Positions 46,649 through 54,812 of a stretch of DNA of 64,000 bases are shown here, in pieces. Location of the stretch: contig JANRLW010000069.1 in assembly GCA_033762295.1 (NCBI GenBank), positions 1 to 64,000 of the forward strand, written 5' to 3'. The notes under the pieces are model-generated. The model had not been told where the DNA came from and searched no databases. It was given only the letters and a program-made list of their open reading frames with translations. Source of the stretch: Capsulimonadales bacterium (lineage in GTDB: Bacteria; Armatimonadota; Armatimonadia; Armatimonadales; Armatimonadaceae). The position numbers and the translations under genes are program-made. Each line of letters starts with the position of its first letter. Positions within the stretch are counted from its first letter, which is position 1.

Positions 46649-48241
46649 ATGCCTTCGGAACCACACCCGAAAAAGAGAACGCCGGCAGCTTACTGGTCTC
46701 CCGCCCGGTCGATCGCGCTCGGGGTCGCCGGTCTCGCGTTGATCAGTGCGGGAATCGTCAGTCTGGTCCAGCGGCGAACCCGTGACAAATATCTGGAGGA
46801 GCAGCAGCGTCGACGCGAACAGGAGGTCATCGCTCTGGTGAACGCGGAACGGTTCCGTCTGGCGTCCGAAGCGGTCAACGGACTGATTTACGACTGGGAC
46901 CCGGAGACCGGCGCGGTGCTGCGGACACGCGGTCTGACCGAACTGCTCGGATATCTGGGCCGGGAGGATCAGGATACGATGGCCTGGTGGCGGGAACAGA
47001 TTCATCCGGAGGATCGGGAGCGTGTGGCCGCCGCGTTCGAAGCGGTCCGGGATCATCATCGTCCCTCGTTTGAGATCGAATACCGCGTTCGCCACAAATC
47101 GGGGCAATATGTCCGCCTTCAGGACCGGGGCGTGATTCTGCGCGATGCCGGCGGAAAAGCCGTCCGCGTCGTCGGTTGCAGTATCGATGTCACCGCCCGG
47201 TATGAAGCCGAAAGGGCGCTTCGCTACAGCGAGGAGCGTCTGCGTCTGGCGGTCACCGGCGCGGACCTCGGCACATGGCACTGGAACCTGCGAACCGATC
47301 GCTTCGAACTGTCGGATCGTTGTCGGCGACACTTTGGCATCGCCCCGGAGGAGGAGGTGGATTCGGAACGGTTCTTTCGCGCCGCTCCCTCCGACGATCG
47401 GGAATGGGTCCGCGCGGCCGCGTTGCTGGCGATCGAGCAGGGGCAGGATTTCGACGTGGAACATCGTGTGGTGCTGCCGGACGGATCGTTTCGGTGGCTG
47501 GCCGTTCGTGGACGCGCCCATGCCGATGAAGCCTCGGTACCGATGAGCATGGAGGGGATCGCTCTGGACGTGACGGAACGCCATCTGGCGCTCTCGGAGA
47601 TCGAAAAGCTCAACGTCCGCCTGCAGCGAGCGATGGCGGAAAGCCACCACCGGATCAAGAACAACCTGCAAACGCTGGCCGCCCTGGCCGAAATGCAATC
47701 GTTCCACCAGGACAATACGGTTCCCCGCGAGGCGTTCGAGCGGCTCTGTCAGCATATCCGGACTCTGGCCTCCCTTCATGACCTGTTGACGCTGGAAATC
47801 CGGGAGTTCCGGGAGGTGGAAACCGTGTCGGTTCGGAATGCGCTGAACCGTCTGACCGATCTGCTCTCGTCCGTGACCGGGAATCGAACCGTGCTCGTCG
47901 ACAGTGAAGAGGCGCGTCTGCCATTGAAACAGGCCGGTTCCTTCTCCCTGCTGGTGAACGAACTGGTTTCCAACGCGGTGAAGCATGGCGCGGGGGATAT
48001 TCGAATTCGTCTTCGAACGACGGCGGATCGGATCAACGGACAGCGTCCGACCGCCCTGCTCGAGGTGACCGATGAAGGGGCGGGTTTCCCCCCCGGTTTC
48101 GACCCGCGAGTGGCGGCGAATACCGGGCTGGAACTGGTGGAGAGTATCGGCTGCTGGGACCTGCAGGGCGCGGTCGCCTACGAAAATGCGCCCGGCGGCG
48201 GCGCGATGGTCCGGGTATCGTTCCCGCTTCAACCGGTCTGA
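46649..48241 (+). CDS. TM-PAS-PAS-HisKA_2 sensor histidine kinase (PdtaS/EutW class)
   Basis: N-terminal TM, IHPEDR PAS, ESHHRIKNNLQ H-box, NELVSNAVKHG, DEGAGF, TGLELV. Confidence 0.93.
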   Translation: MPSEPHPKKRTPAAYWSPARSIALGVAGLALISAGIVSLVQRRTRDKYLEEQQRRREQEVIALVNAERFRLASEAVNGLIYDWDPETGAVLRTRGLTELLGYLGREDQDTMAWWREQIHPEDRERVAAAFEAVRDHHRPSFEIEYRVRHKSGQYVRLQDRGVILRDAGGKAVRVVGCSIDVTARYEAERALRYSEERLRLAVTGADLGTWHWNLRTDRFELSDRCRRHFGIAPEEEVDSERFFRAAPSDDREWVRAAALLAIEQGQDFDVEHRVVLPDGSFRWLAVRGRAHADEASVPMSMEGIALDVTERHLALSEIEKLNVRLQRAMAESHHRIKNNLQTLAALAEMQSFHQDNTVPREAFERLCQHIRTLASLHDLLTLEIREFREVETVSVRNALNRLTDLLSSVTGNRTVLVDSEEARLPLKQAGSFSLLVNELVSNAVKHGAGDIRIRLRTTADRINGQRPTALLEVTDEGAGFPPGFDPRVAANTGLELVESIGCWDLQGAVAYENAPGGGAMVRVSFPLQPV

Positions 48242-48250
48242 GGCGGTCCG

Positions 48251-48312
48251 AAACGAGAAGGGGCATCCTCCGGTGAGGATACCCCTTCTCGTTTGTGTGT
48301 TTCTTTCTCTTT
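48251..48312. terminator. terminator between convergent kinase and sigma genes
   Basis: AAACGAGAAGGGGCATCCTC-CGGT-GAGGATACCCCTTCTCGTTT plus T-rich tail. Confidence 0.8.
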
Positions 48313-48333
48313 TCGCGTTGCCGGATCGCGTCG

Positions 48334-49002
48334 TCAGGCGACAAACGCCGTGCGATGCGCCTGAAGTTTCCGCAGAAGCGCCTGGCGGGCGCGGTTCAGC
48401 CGGGACTTGACCGTCCCGATCGGCACCTGTGTCATCTCCGAAATCTCCTCGTAGCTGCGCTCTTCCAGATAGAACTGGGAGAGAATTTCCGCATGCAGCC
48501 CCGGCAGTTTGGCCAGCGCTCTATGCAGGATGTCGCGCTGTTCCTGCTCACCGACCAGGGTCAGCGGCGATTTTTCCTTGCTGTCGATAAACGGCAGGGA
48601 GGAGGCGTCCGTGTTTTCGGTCAGCGCCTCGAGGGATACGGCCGGGCACTTTTTCGCGCTTCGGCACATATCGTAAAACGTATTCACCACGATCCGGTTC
48701 ACCCAGGCGGGAAGGGTCACTGCCGACTTGCACTTGTTGATGTTCTGGCACACGCGAAGGATCGCGGCGGCGGCCACATCACTGGCATCGTCGTAGTTCC
48801 CGGCCAACCGGTACGCCAGGGCGTAGATCGGTCGCTTGAACCGGGCGATCAGCGCGTCCATTGCGCCTTTGTCGCCCTTCTGGCACCAGGCAACGATCTC
48901 GGCGTCGCTCATACGCTCGTAGGAGCGGAATCGCGGGCGTGCCGAATCGCCATTCATGGAGGTCGTATTCTGTCCGATATTCGAGGTGGTCAGCGTTTGC
49001 AT
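48334..49002 (-). CDS. ECF sigma-70 factor
   Basis: Region 2 (IYALAYRL..DDASD..WVNRIVVN), region 4 (SYEEISE..PIGTVKSRLNRAR); AAGGA RBS. Confidence 0.95.
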   Translation of the reverse strand: MQTLTTSNIGQNTTSMNGDSARPRFRSYERMSDAEIVAWCQKGDKGAMDALIARFKRPIYALAYRLAGNYDDASDVAAAAILRVCQNINKCKSAVTLPAWVNRIVVNTFYDMCRSAKKCPAVSLEALTENTDASSLPFIDSKEKSPLTLVGEQEQRDILHRALAKLPGLHAEILSQFYLEERSYEEISEMTQVPIGTVKSRLNRARQALLRKLQAHRTAFVA

Positions 49003-49218
49003 CGTCTTTATCCTTCTAAAGGGAGGATTCCGCCGAACGGTCCCTTCGGATGCCCATTAATCGGCATTCCGTGGACACTGCGGAAAAAGGAGTCAGACTA
49101 CCTGGCCTGAAAGGGATTGCATGACGGACAGGGCCATACAAATCGAGCGGTCTCCGGTCGCCGTCCCCGGCTATTCCGGGAAACCATATATGTAATCCGC
49201 TACGGTAGCGCCGCAGCC

Positions 49219-49280
49219 AAAAACAAAAAACGCCTGAACTGCAACGAAAGGGGCAACGAGCCCCAATTGCAACTCAGACG
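49219..49280 (-). terminator. intrinsic terminator (attenuator) upstream of the ECF gene
   Basis: RNA CGUCUGAGUUGCAA pairs with UUGCAGUUCAGGCG (14 bp including GU), inner GGGGC/GCCCC stem, then UUUUUUGUUUUU. Confidence 0.85.
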
Positions 49281-49324
49281 ATCCTGGCCTGATGTACTCT
49301 GTCGGACGATCCTGGCCCGACAGA
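49274..49324 (-). promoter_or_regulatory. tandem dual-hairpin RNA element, ANTAR-target-like
   Basis: P1 UCUGUCGGGC-CAGGAUC-GUCCGACAGA, 5-nt linker, P2 UCAGGC-CAGGAUC-GUCUGA; P2 3' arm lies within the terminator 5' arm. Confidence 0.75.
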
Positions 49325-49373
49325 AGATATGTAGTTTTCAAAGATGCGGCGCGTTGAGCGTGCTGTTATAAGT

Positions 49374-49399
49374 GACGTGACCCGCGAAAGTTTTGTTCC
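49374..49399 (-). promoter_or_regulatory. ECF-type promoter
   Basis: Minus strand GGAAC-N17-CGTC directly upstream of the structured leader. Confidence 0.6.
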
Positions 49400-49672
49400 C
49401 GAAAGAGATCGACATTTTTCGTGTTCTTGTGAAATGAATCCATCCGTGTCAGTCGGCCCCGGGCGGGACACCCTGCCCGAGGCCATTGGGTGCGTACGGT
49501 CGGCGAGGACGGTGATTGCCCCGCATAAAAGGTCGTTGCCTTCCCGCATCGGGTTCCGTCCTCCGACGTCCGGGCGCAAGTTCCCTTCCGGAACCCCGGG
49601 TATTCGTTCGGGTCGATGGAACTGGTATACTAATGATCATTCGAAAATCGAAACGATGTGCAAGAGGGATGT

Positions 49673-50266
49673 ATGAGTGAAACGACTCCCCGTCTCAAGG
49701 CGTTGATCTGCGAGGATGAAGGCATGACCGTCATTCTGTTGCAGCGCGCTTTGCAGGCTGCCGGTTATGAAGTCGTGGGAAAAGCCGTGGAGGGCGCACA
49801 GGCGGTGGAACTGGCACGCTCGACGCAACCCGATTTCATTCTGATGGATATCAATATGCCGGGGATGAACGGGATCGAATCCACGCGGTTGATTACCGCC
49901 GAACGATCCGTTCCGATTATCATGCTTACGGCCTATAGCGAGGATAAGCGGGTGGATGAGGCGATCGACGCCGGCGCTTGCGCTTACCTGGTAAAGCCGA
50001 TCACCAGTACCCAGTTGATTCCGTCCTTACGTACGGCTCTTGCCCGTTTCGAGGCGCTGAACGATATCCGTAAGGAAAATCAGGATTTAAAGGACCAACT
50101 GGAGACGCGAAAACTCGTCGAACGCGCCAAAGGCATCCTGCAGCAGCGGACCGGCCTGACGGAGGCGGACGCTTTCAAGCGGATTCAAAAGGTCAGCCGG
50201 GACAAATGCCAACCGATGCGCCAGACCGCCCACGAGATTATTGAAGCGGATTCGTTGTTTTCCTAG
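49673..50266 (+). CDS. REC-ANTAR response regulator (PdtaR/EutV class)
   Basis: ICEDE, LMDINMP, LTAY, LVKP, coiled coil, RKLVERAKGIL..EADAF ANTAR; extended -10 TGGTATACT at 49623-49631. Confidence 0.97.
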   Translation: MSETTPRLKALICEDEGMTVILLQRALQAAGYEVVGKAVEGAQAVELARSTQPDFILMDINMPGMNGIESTRLITAERSVPIIMLTAYSEDKRVDEAIDAGACAYLVKPITSTQLIPSLRTALARFEALNDIRKENQDLKDQLETRKLVERAKGILQQRTGLTEADAFKRIQKVSRDKCQPMRQTAHEIIEADSLFS

Positions 50267-50374
50267 GTCGCTCCGGCTATCCTCGGGGTTTTGGCTGTGC
50301 TATAATCACGACAGTCCGCCCGCCGACGGAGTCAAGATGCCTGGCGAGAAGCGGACATCATCCCGGAGGAAACG

Positions 50375-50617
50375 ATGCCCTACATCATTACCGAGCCGTG
50401 CATCGGTGTCAAAGACAAGAGCTGTGTCGCTGTCTGCCCCGTTGACTGCATCCACGGCGGCGACGACGATAACCAGCTGTTCATTGATCCCAGCGAATGC
50501 ATCGACTGCGGTCTCTGTGAGCCGGAATGCCCGGTGGATGCCATCTTCATGGAAGATGAAGTCCCGGACAAGTGGAAAACCTATATCCAGCTCAACGCCG
50601 ATTACTACAAAAAGTAA
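50375..50617 (+). CDS. 7Fe-type ferredoxin ([3Fe-4S]/[4Fe-4S])
   Basis: C-x7-C-x3-CPVDC and CIDCGLCEPECP; GGAGG RBS; extended -10 TGCTATAAT at 50298-50306. Confidence 0.95.
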   Translation: MPYIITEPCIGVKDKSCVAVCPVDCIHGGDDDNQLFIDPSECIDCGLCEPECPVDAIFMEDEVPDKWKTYIQLNADYYKK

Positions 50618-50679
50618 AGGGTTCAGGGGCGGCCGGAACGTTCCGACGAACGCCGCCGCCCTTATTTACGGTTGCCGTC

Positions 50680-51150
50680 ATGTCTTCCCGTGAACGGACA
50701 TCCTCCTTGCCGGAGTTCCCCCTGGTGGCCCGCGTTCGAGTCCGCACATATGAACTCGATTCCTTCGGGCATGTGAATAATGCCGTTTATCTCCAGTATC
50801 TGGAGGAGGCGCGTTCGGAATACCTTCGACAGATGGGGCTTTCCTTCCGGGATTTTTCCGTTCATGGTGTGCAGATCGTCATCGCGGAGGCGACAATCCG
50901 CTATCTGTCCCCGTTGCGTTACGGAGATTCGGCCCGGATCGAAGGACGGATAACGGCGTTGCGCCCGGTCTCGGCCAATTTTGAGTATCGCCTGATCCGC
51001 GAGGACGGAGAGGAGCGGATCGCCGAGGCGAGCACGCGCGGCGTATTCGTTCGTGCCGAATCCGGACGCCCGACCCGTGCGCCGCAGCCGTTTCGCGAGG
51101 CGTTTGCCCGGTTTACCGGCGAAAGGAGCCTGACCCTCGATGCTGAATAG
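50680..51150 (+). CDS. acyl-CoA thioesterase (4HBT/YbgC family)
   Basis: VRTYELDSFGHVNNAVYLQYLEEAR, YLSPLRYGD. Confidence 0.93.
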   Translation: MSSRERTSSLPEFPLVARVRVRTYELDSFGHVNNAVYLQYLEEARSEYLRQMGLSFRDFSVHGVQIVIAEATIRYLSPLRYGDSARIEGRITALRPVSANFEYRLIREDGEERIAEASTRGVFVRAESGRPTRAPQPFREAFARFTGERSLTLDAE

Positions 51151-51802
51151 GTTATTTCGCAAGTATCGCGTTTCCGAAGTACACCTCTGCCTTCCCTTTG
51201 TCCAGATCACGATGGAAAAGATGGCCGAGGAGACCACGATCGTCCCGCCTACGGCATCGGTCCCCGCGCCCCCCGACCCGCCGTCGCCGTTGCAGGAGCG
51301 GTGCGCCGCACCGTCCGACGTCGTTCGACTGGCGGTTCGGGAGCGGCCCGCCGCCGGGGAAATCGCGGTCGTTCCGGTATCCGATGAACTGTATACCGAT
51401 CTGGCGTTTCGCGTCGCCTCCCAGGTCGACCATTTCGGGCCGGTTTTCCCTCCGGAATGGCGGCCCCTTTCGTCTGGCCCGGAACTGCGGCCCGGCGATT
51501 ACCTCTGGGTCCGGCTCTATTGTCGGAACCGGAGCGAACGGGTGCTGCACCATGTGCGCATCGCGTTCGAAGGGATGGAAATCGCCCGGAAACAGGCGGG
51601 AATGCTGGTCCGGGGGGTAAACGGATGGCCCCGTATCCCGGTGCGCGACTGTTTCGCCGGTCAGGAGGTGCGCCACCTGAACCCCGGAGACGATTACTCG
51701 CTCCATTGCGTGCTTCGGGTTCCGCCGGATATCTTCGCTCGCCCCGCCTCCGCCTTCTCCGGCGTCAGGCTCGATTTTACCATTCTGAAGCAGATGCACT
51801 AA
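51140..51802 (+). CDS. hypothetical protein (possible Ig-like C-terminus)
   Basis: Overlaps the upstream stop, AAGGAG RBS; no motif recognised. Confidence 0.65.
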   Translation: MLNRLFRKYRVSEVHLCLPFVQITMEKMAEETTIVPPTASVPAPPDPPSPLQERCAAPSDVVRLAVRERPAAGEIAVVPVSDELYTDLAFRVASQVDHFGPVFPPEWRPLSSGPELRPGDYLWVRLYCRNRSERVLHHVRIAFEGMEIARKQAGMLVRGVNGWPRIPVRDCFAGQEVRHLNPGDDYSLHCVLRVPPDIFARPASAFSGVRLDFTILKQMH

Positions 51803-51812
51803 GGGGGCGGAC

Positions 51813-52490
51813 GTGCCGCTTTTTCTCACGGTTCACACCCTGACGCCGGGAGAACTCTCCGAGGAGCGGATTCGAGAGATTGCGATCCTCGGGCAAACGG
51901 ACCCGATCGTGCGCGGTTACCGGAGTTTTCATAGTCCGCTGGAAGGACGACTCGTCTGGCTGCTGGAAGCGCCGGACAAAACGGCGGTGCTGACCTGGTG
52001 CGCTGCCGTGGGACTGCCCGTCGATGGGGTCACGCAACTGGAGATCGAAGGGCATCGGGGCAGCCTTCGACGCTACGCGATCACGATCCCGAACCGGATT
52101 GCCGGAACGGTCGTCGATATCGTCACCGACCCGACCATGCGTCTGGTGCGTATCGACGCCTCCGGACTTTCGCTCTACGCGGCGCACAGCCGAACCGGAG
52201 CGGAGGCCCCGGACCTGCGAATCGGGGACGTACTACTCGCCCTTTTCAAGGCGATCCATCTGCATATCGAACGAGGAACCGGAATGCAACTCAGTTTTCC
52301 CAATCAGATCAAGGGCCGGGTCACCAACATCGTCCGGGGACCGGCCATGACGCTGGTTTACCTGGACACGCCGGTCGGCGAACTGGTCTCGGCATTGATC
52401 GCGCCGGCAGTGGAACGCCTGAATGTCGGTGTGGGTGACGAAGTCATCGCCGTTTTCAAGGCGACCGATGTCTCTCTGGCCCGGGAGTAA
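51813..52490 (+). CDS. DUF4242/SCO4226-like domain fused to two TOBE domains
   Basis: N-terminal MPLFL.VH..GRLVWLLEAPD..AV; TOBE repeats NRIAGTVVDI..LRIGD..ALFKA and NQIKGRVTNI..VGDEVIAVFKATDV. Confidence 0.75.
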   Translation: MPLFLTVHTLTPGELSEERIREIAILGQTDPIVRGYRSFHSPLEGRLVWLLEAPDKTAVLTWCAAVGLPVDGVTQLEIEGHRGSLRRYAITIPNRIAGTVVDIVTDPTMRLVRIDASGLSLYAAHSRTGAEAPDLRIGDVLLALFKAIHLHIERGTGMQLSFPNQIKGRVTNIVRGPAMTLVYLDTPVGELVSALIAPAVERLNVGVGDEVIAVFKATDVSLARE

Positions 52491-52492
52491 CC

Positions 52493-52945
52493 ATGCCGCT
52501 GACCGATATTCGTCACTTCATCCTCTTTGCGGACGGCACAGCAACGGCGGGGCAGCCGACACGAGATCAGTTTTCCGAGATCGCCGCCGCCGGGTACGAT
52601 GTCGTGATCAATCTGGCGATGCCGACCTCCGCCGGAGCCATCCCCGATGAAGCGGAGGTGGTCACCTCGCTGGGAATGGAGTACATCGCCCTGCCGGTCG
52701 TCTGGGAAGCGCCGACCTCGGCCGACCTGGAACGCTTTTTCGAGGCGATGGCGGCGACACAGGGCCGCCGCCGGTTCGTCCACTGCGCGGCCAATATGCG
52801 CGTGTCCGCCTTCCTGTTTCTCTACCGGGTGCGGAAACTGGGGATGGTCGAAGCGGAGGCGGAGAAGGATCTTTACCGGATTTGGAGACCGACCGGCTGG
52901 TGGGAAGCATTTATCGAGGCGCATTCGGAGGAGCCGTCGCCGTAG
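52493..52945 (+). CDS. protein-tyrosine-phosphatase-like protein (DUF442 class)
   Basis: TAGQP, VINLA, HCAANMRVS (Cx5R). Confidence 0.9.
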   Translation: MPLTDIRHFILFADGTATAGQPTRDQFSEIAAAGYDVVINLAMPTSAGAIPDEAEVVTSLGMEYIALPVVWEAPTSADLERFFEAMAATQGRRRFVHCAANMRVSAFLFLYRVRKLGMVEAEAEKDLYRIWRPTGWWEAFIEAHSEEPSP

Positions 52946-54179
52946 TCCGGCGGGCGGCGAGCCAGTCGCACAGAATCTCCGCGATCCGGTGTTTGGTGGT
53001 CAGCGCCAGTGCGTGAGGGGGGCGATCGGGTTCCAGAAGAGTGACGAGGTTCGTATCGACGTCGAATCCGGCCCCTTCCTGCGTGATATCGTTGGCGACG
53101 ATCAGGTCGAGATTCTTTTCTCGCAGTTTCGCCTGAGCGTTCGCCTGCAGGTTTTCCGTTTCGGCGGCAAAGCCGACCAGAATCTGCCCGGACCGTTTGC
53201 GTTGCCCCATCGACCGGAGTATGTCGATGGTCGGAACCAGGGTGAGGACGAGCGAGTTGCCCTGTTTCTTGATTTTTTGCGGGGCGGCGGTTTCCGGGGT
53301 GAAATCCGCCACCGCCGCCGCCGCGATCGCGATGTCGCAATCCGGGAACCGCGCAAGGCATTCCGACGCCATCTCCGCGGCGGTCAGGACCCCGACCGTC
53401 GTGACGCCGGCCGGAACCGGCAGTCCGGTCGGTCCGCTCACCAGAGTCACGTCCGCCCCCCGCGCCGCCGCCGCCGCCGCGATCGCGTAGCCCATTTTTC
53501 CGGACGAGCGGTTCGAGAGAAAGCGGACCGGATCGATCGGTTCGCGGGTCGGACCGGCCGTCACCAGGACGCGTACGCCCGAAAGGTCACCTTTCCCGGT
53601 CAGGCGGTCGGCGATGTCCCGGAGGAGGTCCGCCGGCTCTTTCATCCGTCCGGTTCCCGTCGTTCCCTCCGCCAACCGTCCGATCGCCGGTTCGGCGAAA
53701 AGGTAGCCGCGACCCTCCAGCGTTCGGCGGTTCGCGCGCGTGGCGGCGTTTTCCCACATGTGAGAGTTCATCGCCGGAGCCAGCAGAACGGGTTTGCCCG
53801 GATTGGCGAGGAGCGCCGCGGTCAGCATGTCGTCGGCGAATCCGGCGGTCAGTCGGGCCAGAAAGTCGGCGGACGCCGGGGCGACCACGAACAGGTCCGC
53901 GATTTCGGCATAGCGCAGATGGGCGATCGGAGAGTTTTCCGTGGTCGCGGAAAACGGCTCCTCGAAGGTGTCCGTGGTGACCGGTTGGCCCGACAGGCCG
54001 AAGAACGTGGCCGGGGCGATGAAACGCGTCGCGCCCCGACTGAGGATCGGATGGACGGTGGCGCCCGACTGCACCAGTTTCGAACAGAGGTCCGCCGCCT
54101 TGTAAGCGGCGATCGAACCGGTGACGCCGAGAACGATTGTGACACCGGAGAGGTTCGGGAGCCGACCCGGATCAGGCAT
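52911..54179 (-). CDS. coaBC: phosphopantothenoylcysteine decarboxylase/ligase
   Basis: GVTGSIAAYK, APAMN, TAGPTREPIDPVRFLSNRSSGKMG, AAVADF, VGFAAET, IVAND. Confidence 0.97.
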   Translation of the reverse strand: MPDPGRLPNLSGVTIVLGVTGSIAAYKAADLCSKLVQSGATVHPILSRGATRFIAPATFFGLSGQPVTTDTFEEPFSATTENSPIAHLRYAEIADLFVVAPASADFLARLTAGFADDMLTAALLANPGKPVLLAPAMNSHMWENAATRANRRTLEGRGYLFAEPAIGRLAEGTTGTGRMKEPADLLRDIADRLTGKGDLSGVRVLVTAGPTREPIDPVRFLSNRSSGKMGYAIAAAAAARGADVTLVSGPTGLPVPAGVTTVGVLTAAEMASECLARFPDCDIAIAAAAVADFTPETAAPQKIKKQGNSLVLTLVPTIDILRSMGQRKRSGQILVGFAAETENLQANAQAKLREKNLDLIVANDITQEGAGFDVDTNLVTLLEPDRPPHALALTTKHRIAEILCDWLAARRTTATAPPNAPR

Positions 54180-54780
54180 GCCGATGCACCGTCGGATGAA
54201 GCCGACAGCGTTCGGCGATGATGATCGCTCGCAGATGGTCGGCGGCCTCCTCCACCTCGTAGTTGATCACGACATAGTCGTACTTTTCCACCTGTTCCAT
54301 TTCGGATCGGGCGTCCAGAAGACGGCGGGTGATCTGATCCTCCGTCTCCGTGTCACGAACCCTCAAACGGCGCTCCAACTCCTCGAGCGAGGGGGGAGCG
54401 AGAAAAATCAGAATGGCGTCCTCGGCACGGGAACGCACGGTCAGGCCCCCCTGAACGTCGATCTTCAACAGGACATCATGCCCCTGATCCCTCTGTTCCT
54501 CGACGAACTGTCGTGGCGTTCCGTAGTAGTTCCCGTTGACCAGGGCATATTCAAGAAACGCGTTCTGTTCGGCGATCCGGTTGAACTCGGACAGGGTGAC
54601 GAACCGGTAAGGGTTGCCCTGCGACTCTCCGGGGCGCATGGTCCGTGTCGAAACGGTCACCGCCTGGTGTATCCCGGAGATATGCTGATGGAAAACGCCA
54701 AGAACCGTATCCTTTCCGACACCCGAGGGGCCGGAAACGATGAAGAGACGGCCGCGCTTACGGTGCGGAAAACGATTCAT
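54172..54780 (-). CDS. gmk: guanylate kinase
   Basis: SGPSGVGKDT, TR.MRPGE, NYYGT, IDVQG, PPSLEEL; ATG 54780 six nt after TATAAT. Confidence 0.97.
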   Translation of the reverse strand: MNRFPHRKRGRLFIVSGPSGVGKDTVLGVFHQHISGIHQAVTVSTRTMRPGESQGNPYRFVTLSEFNRIAEQNAFLEYALVNGNYYGTPRQFVEEQRDQGHDVLLKIDVQGGLTVRSRAEDAILIFLAPPSLEELERRLRVRDTETEDQITRRLLDARSEMEQVEKYDYVVINYEVEEAADHLRAIIIAERCRLHPTVHRHA

Positions 54781-54812
54781 CGGTTGATTATATTCGTTAC
54801 CTGCCCGGTTCG

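Noticed and set aside
49117..49676. Small ORFs in the sigma-ANTAR spacer as leader peptides
   Set aside because: No convincing RBS or coding bias; the region is better explained by promoters and RNA structure
50307..50374. Structured ferredoxin 5' UTR (GTCCGC...GCGGAC) as a second ANTAR target
   Set aside because: No twin CAGGAUC or AnnG loops and no terminator
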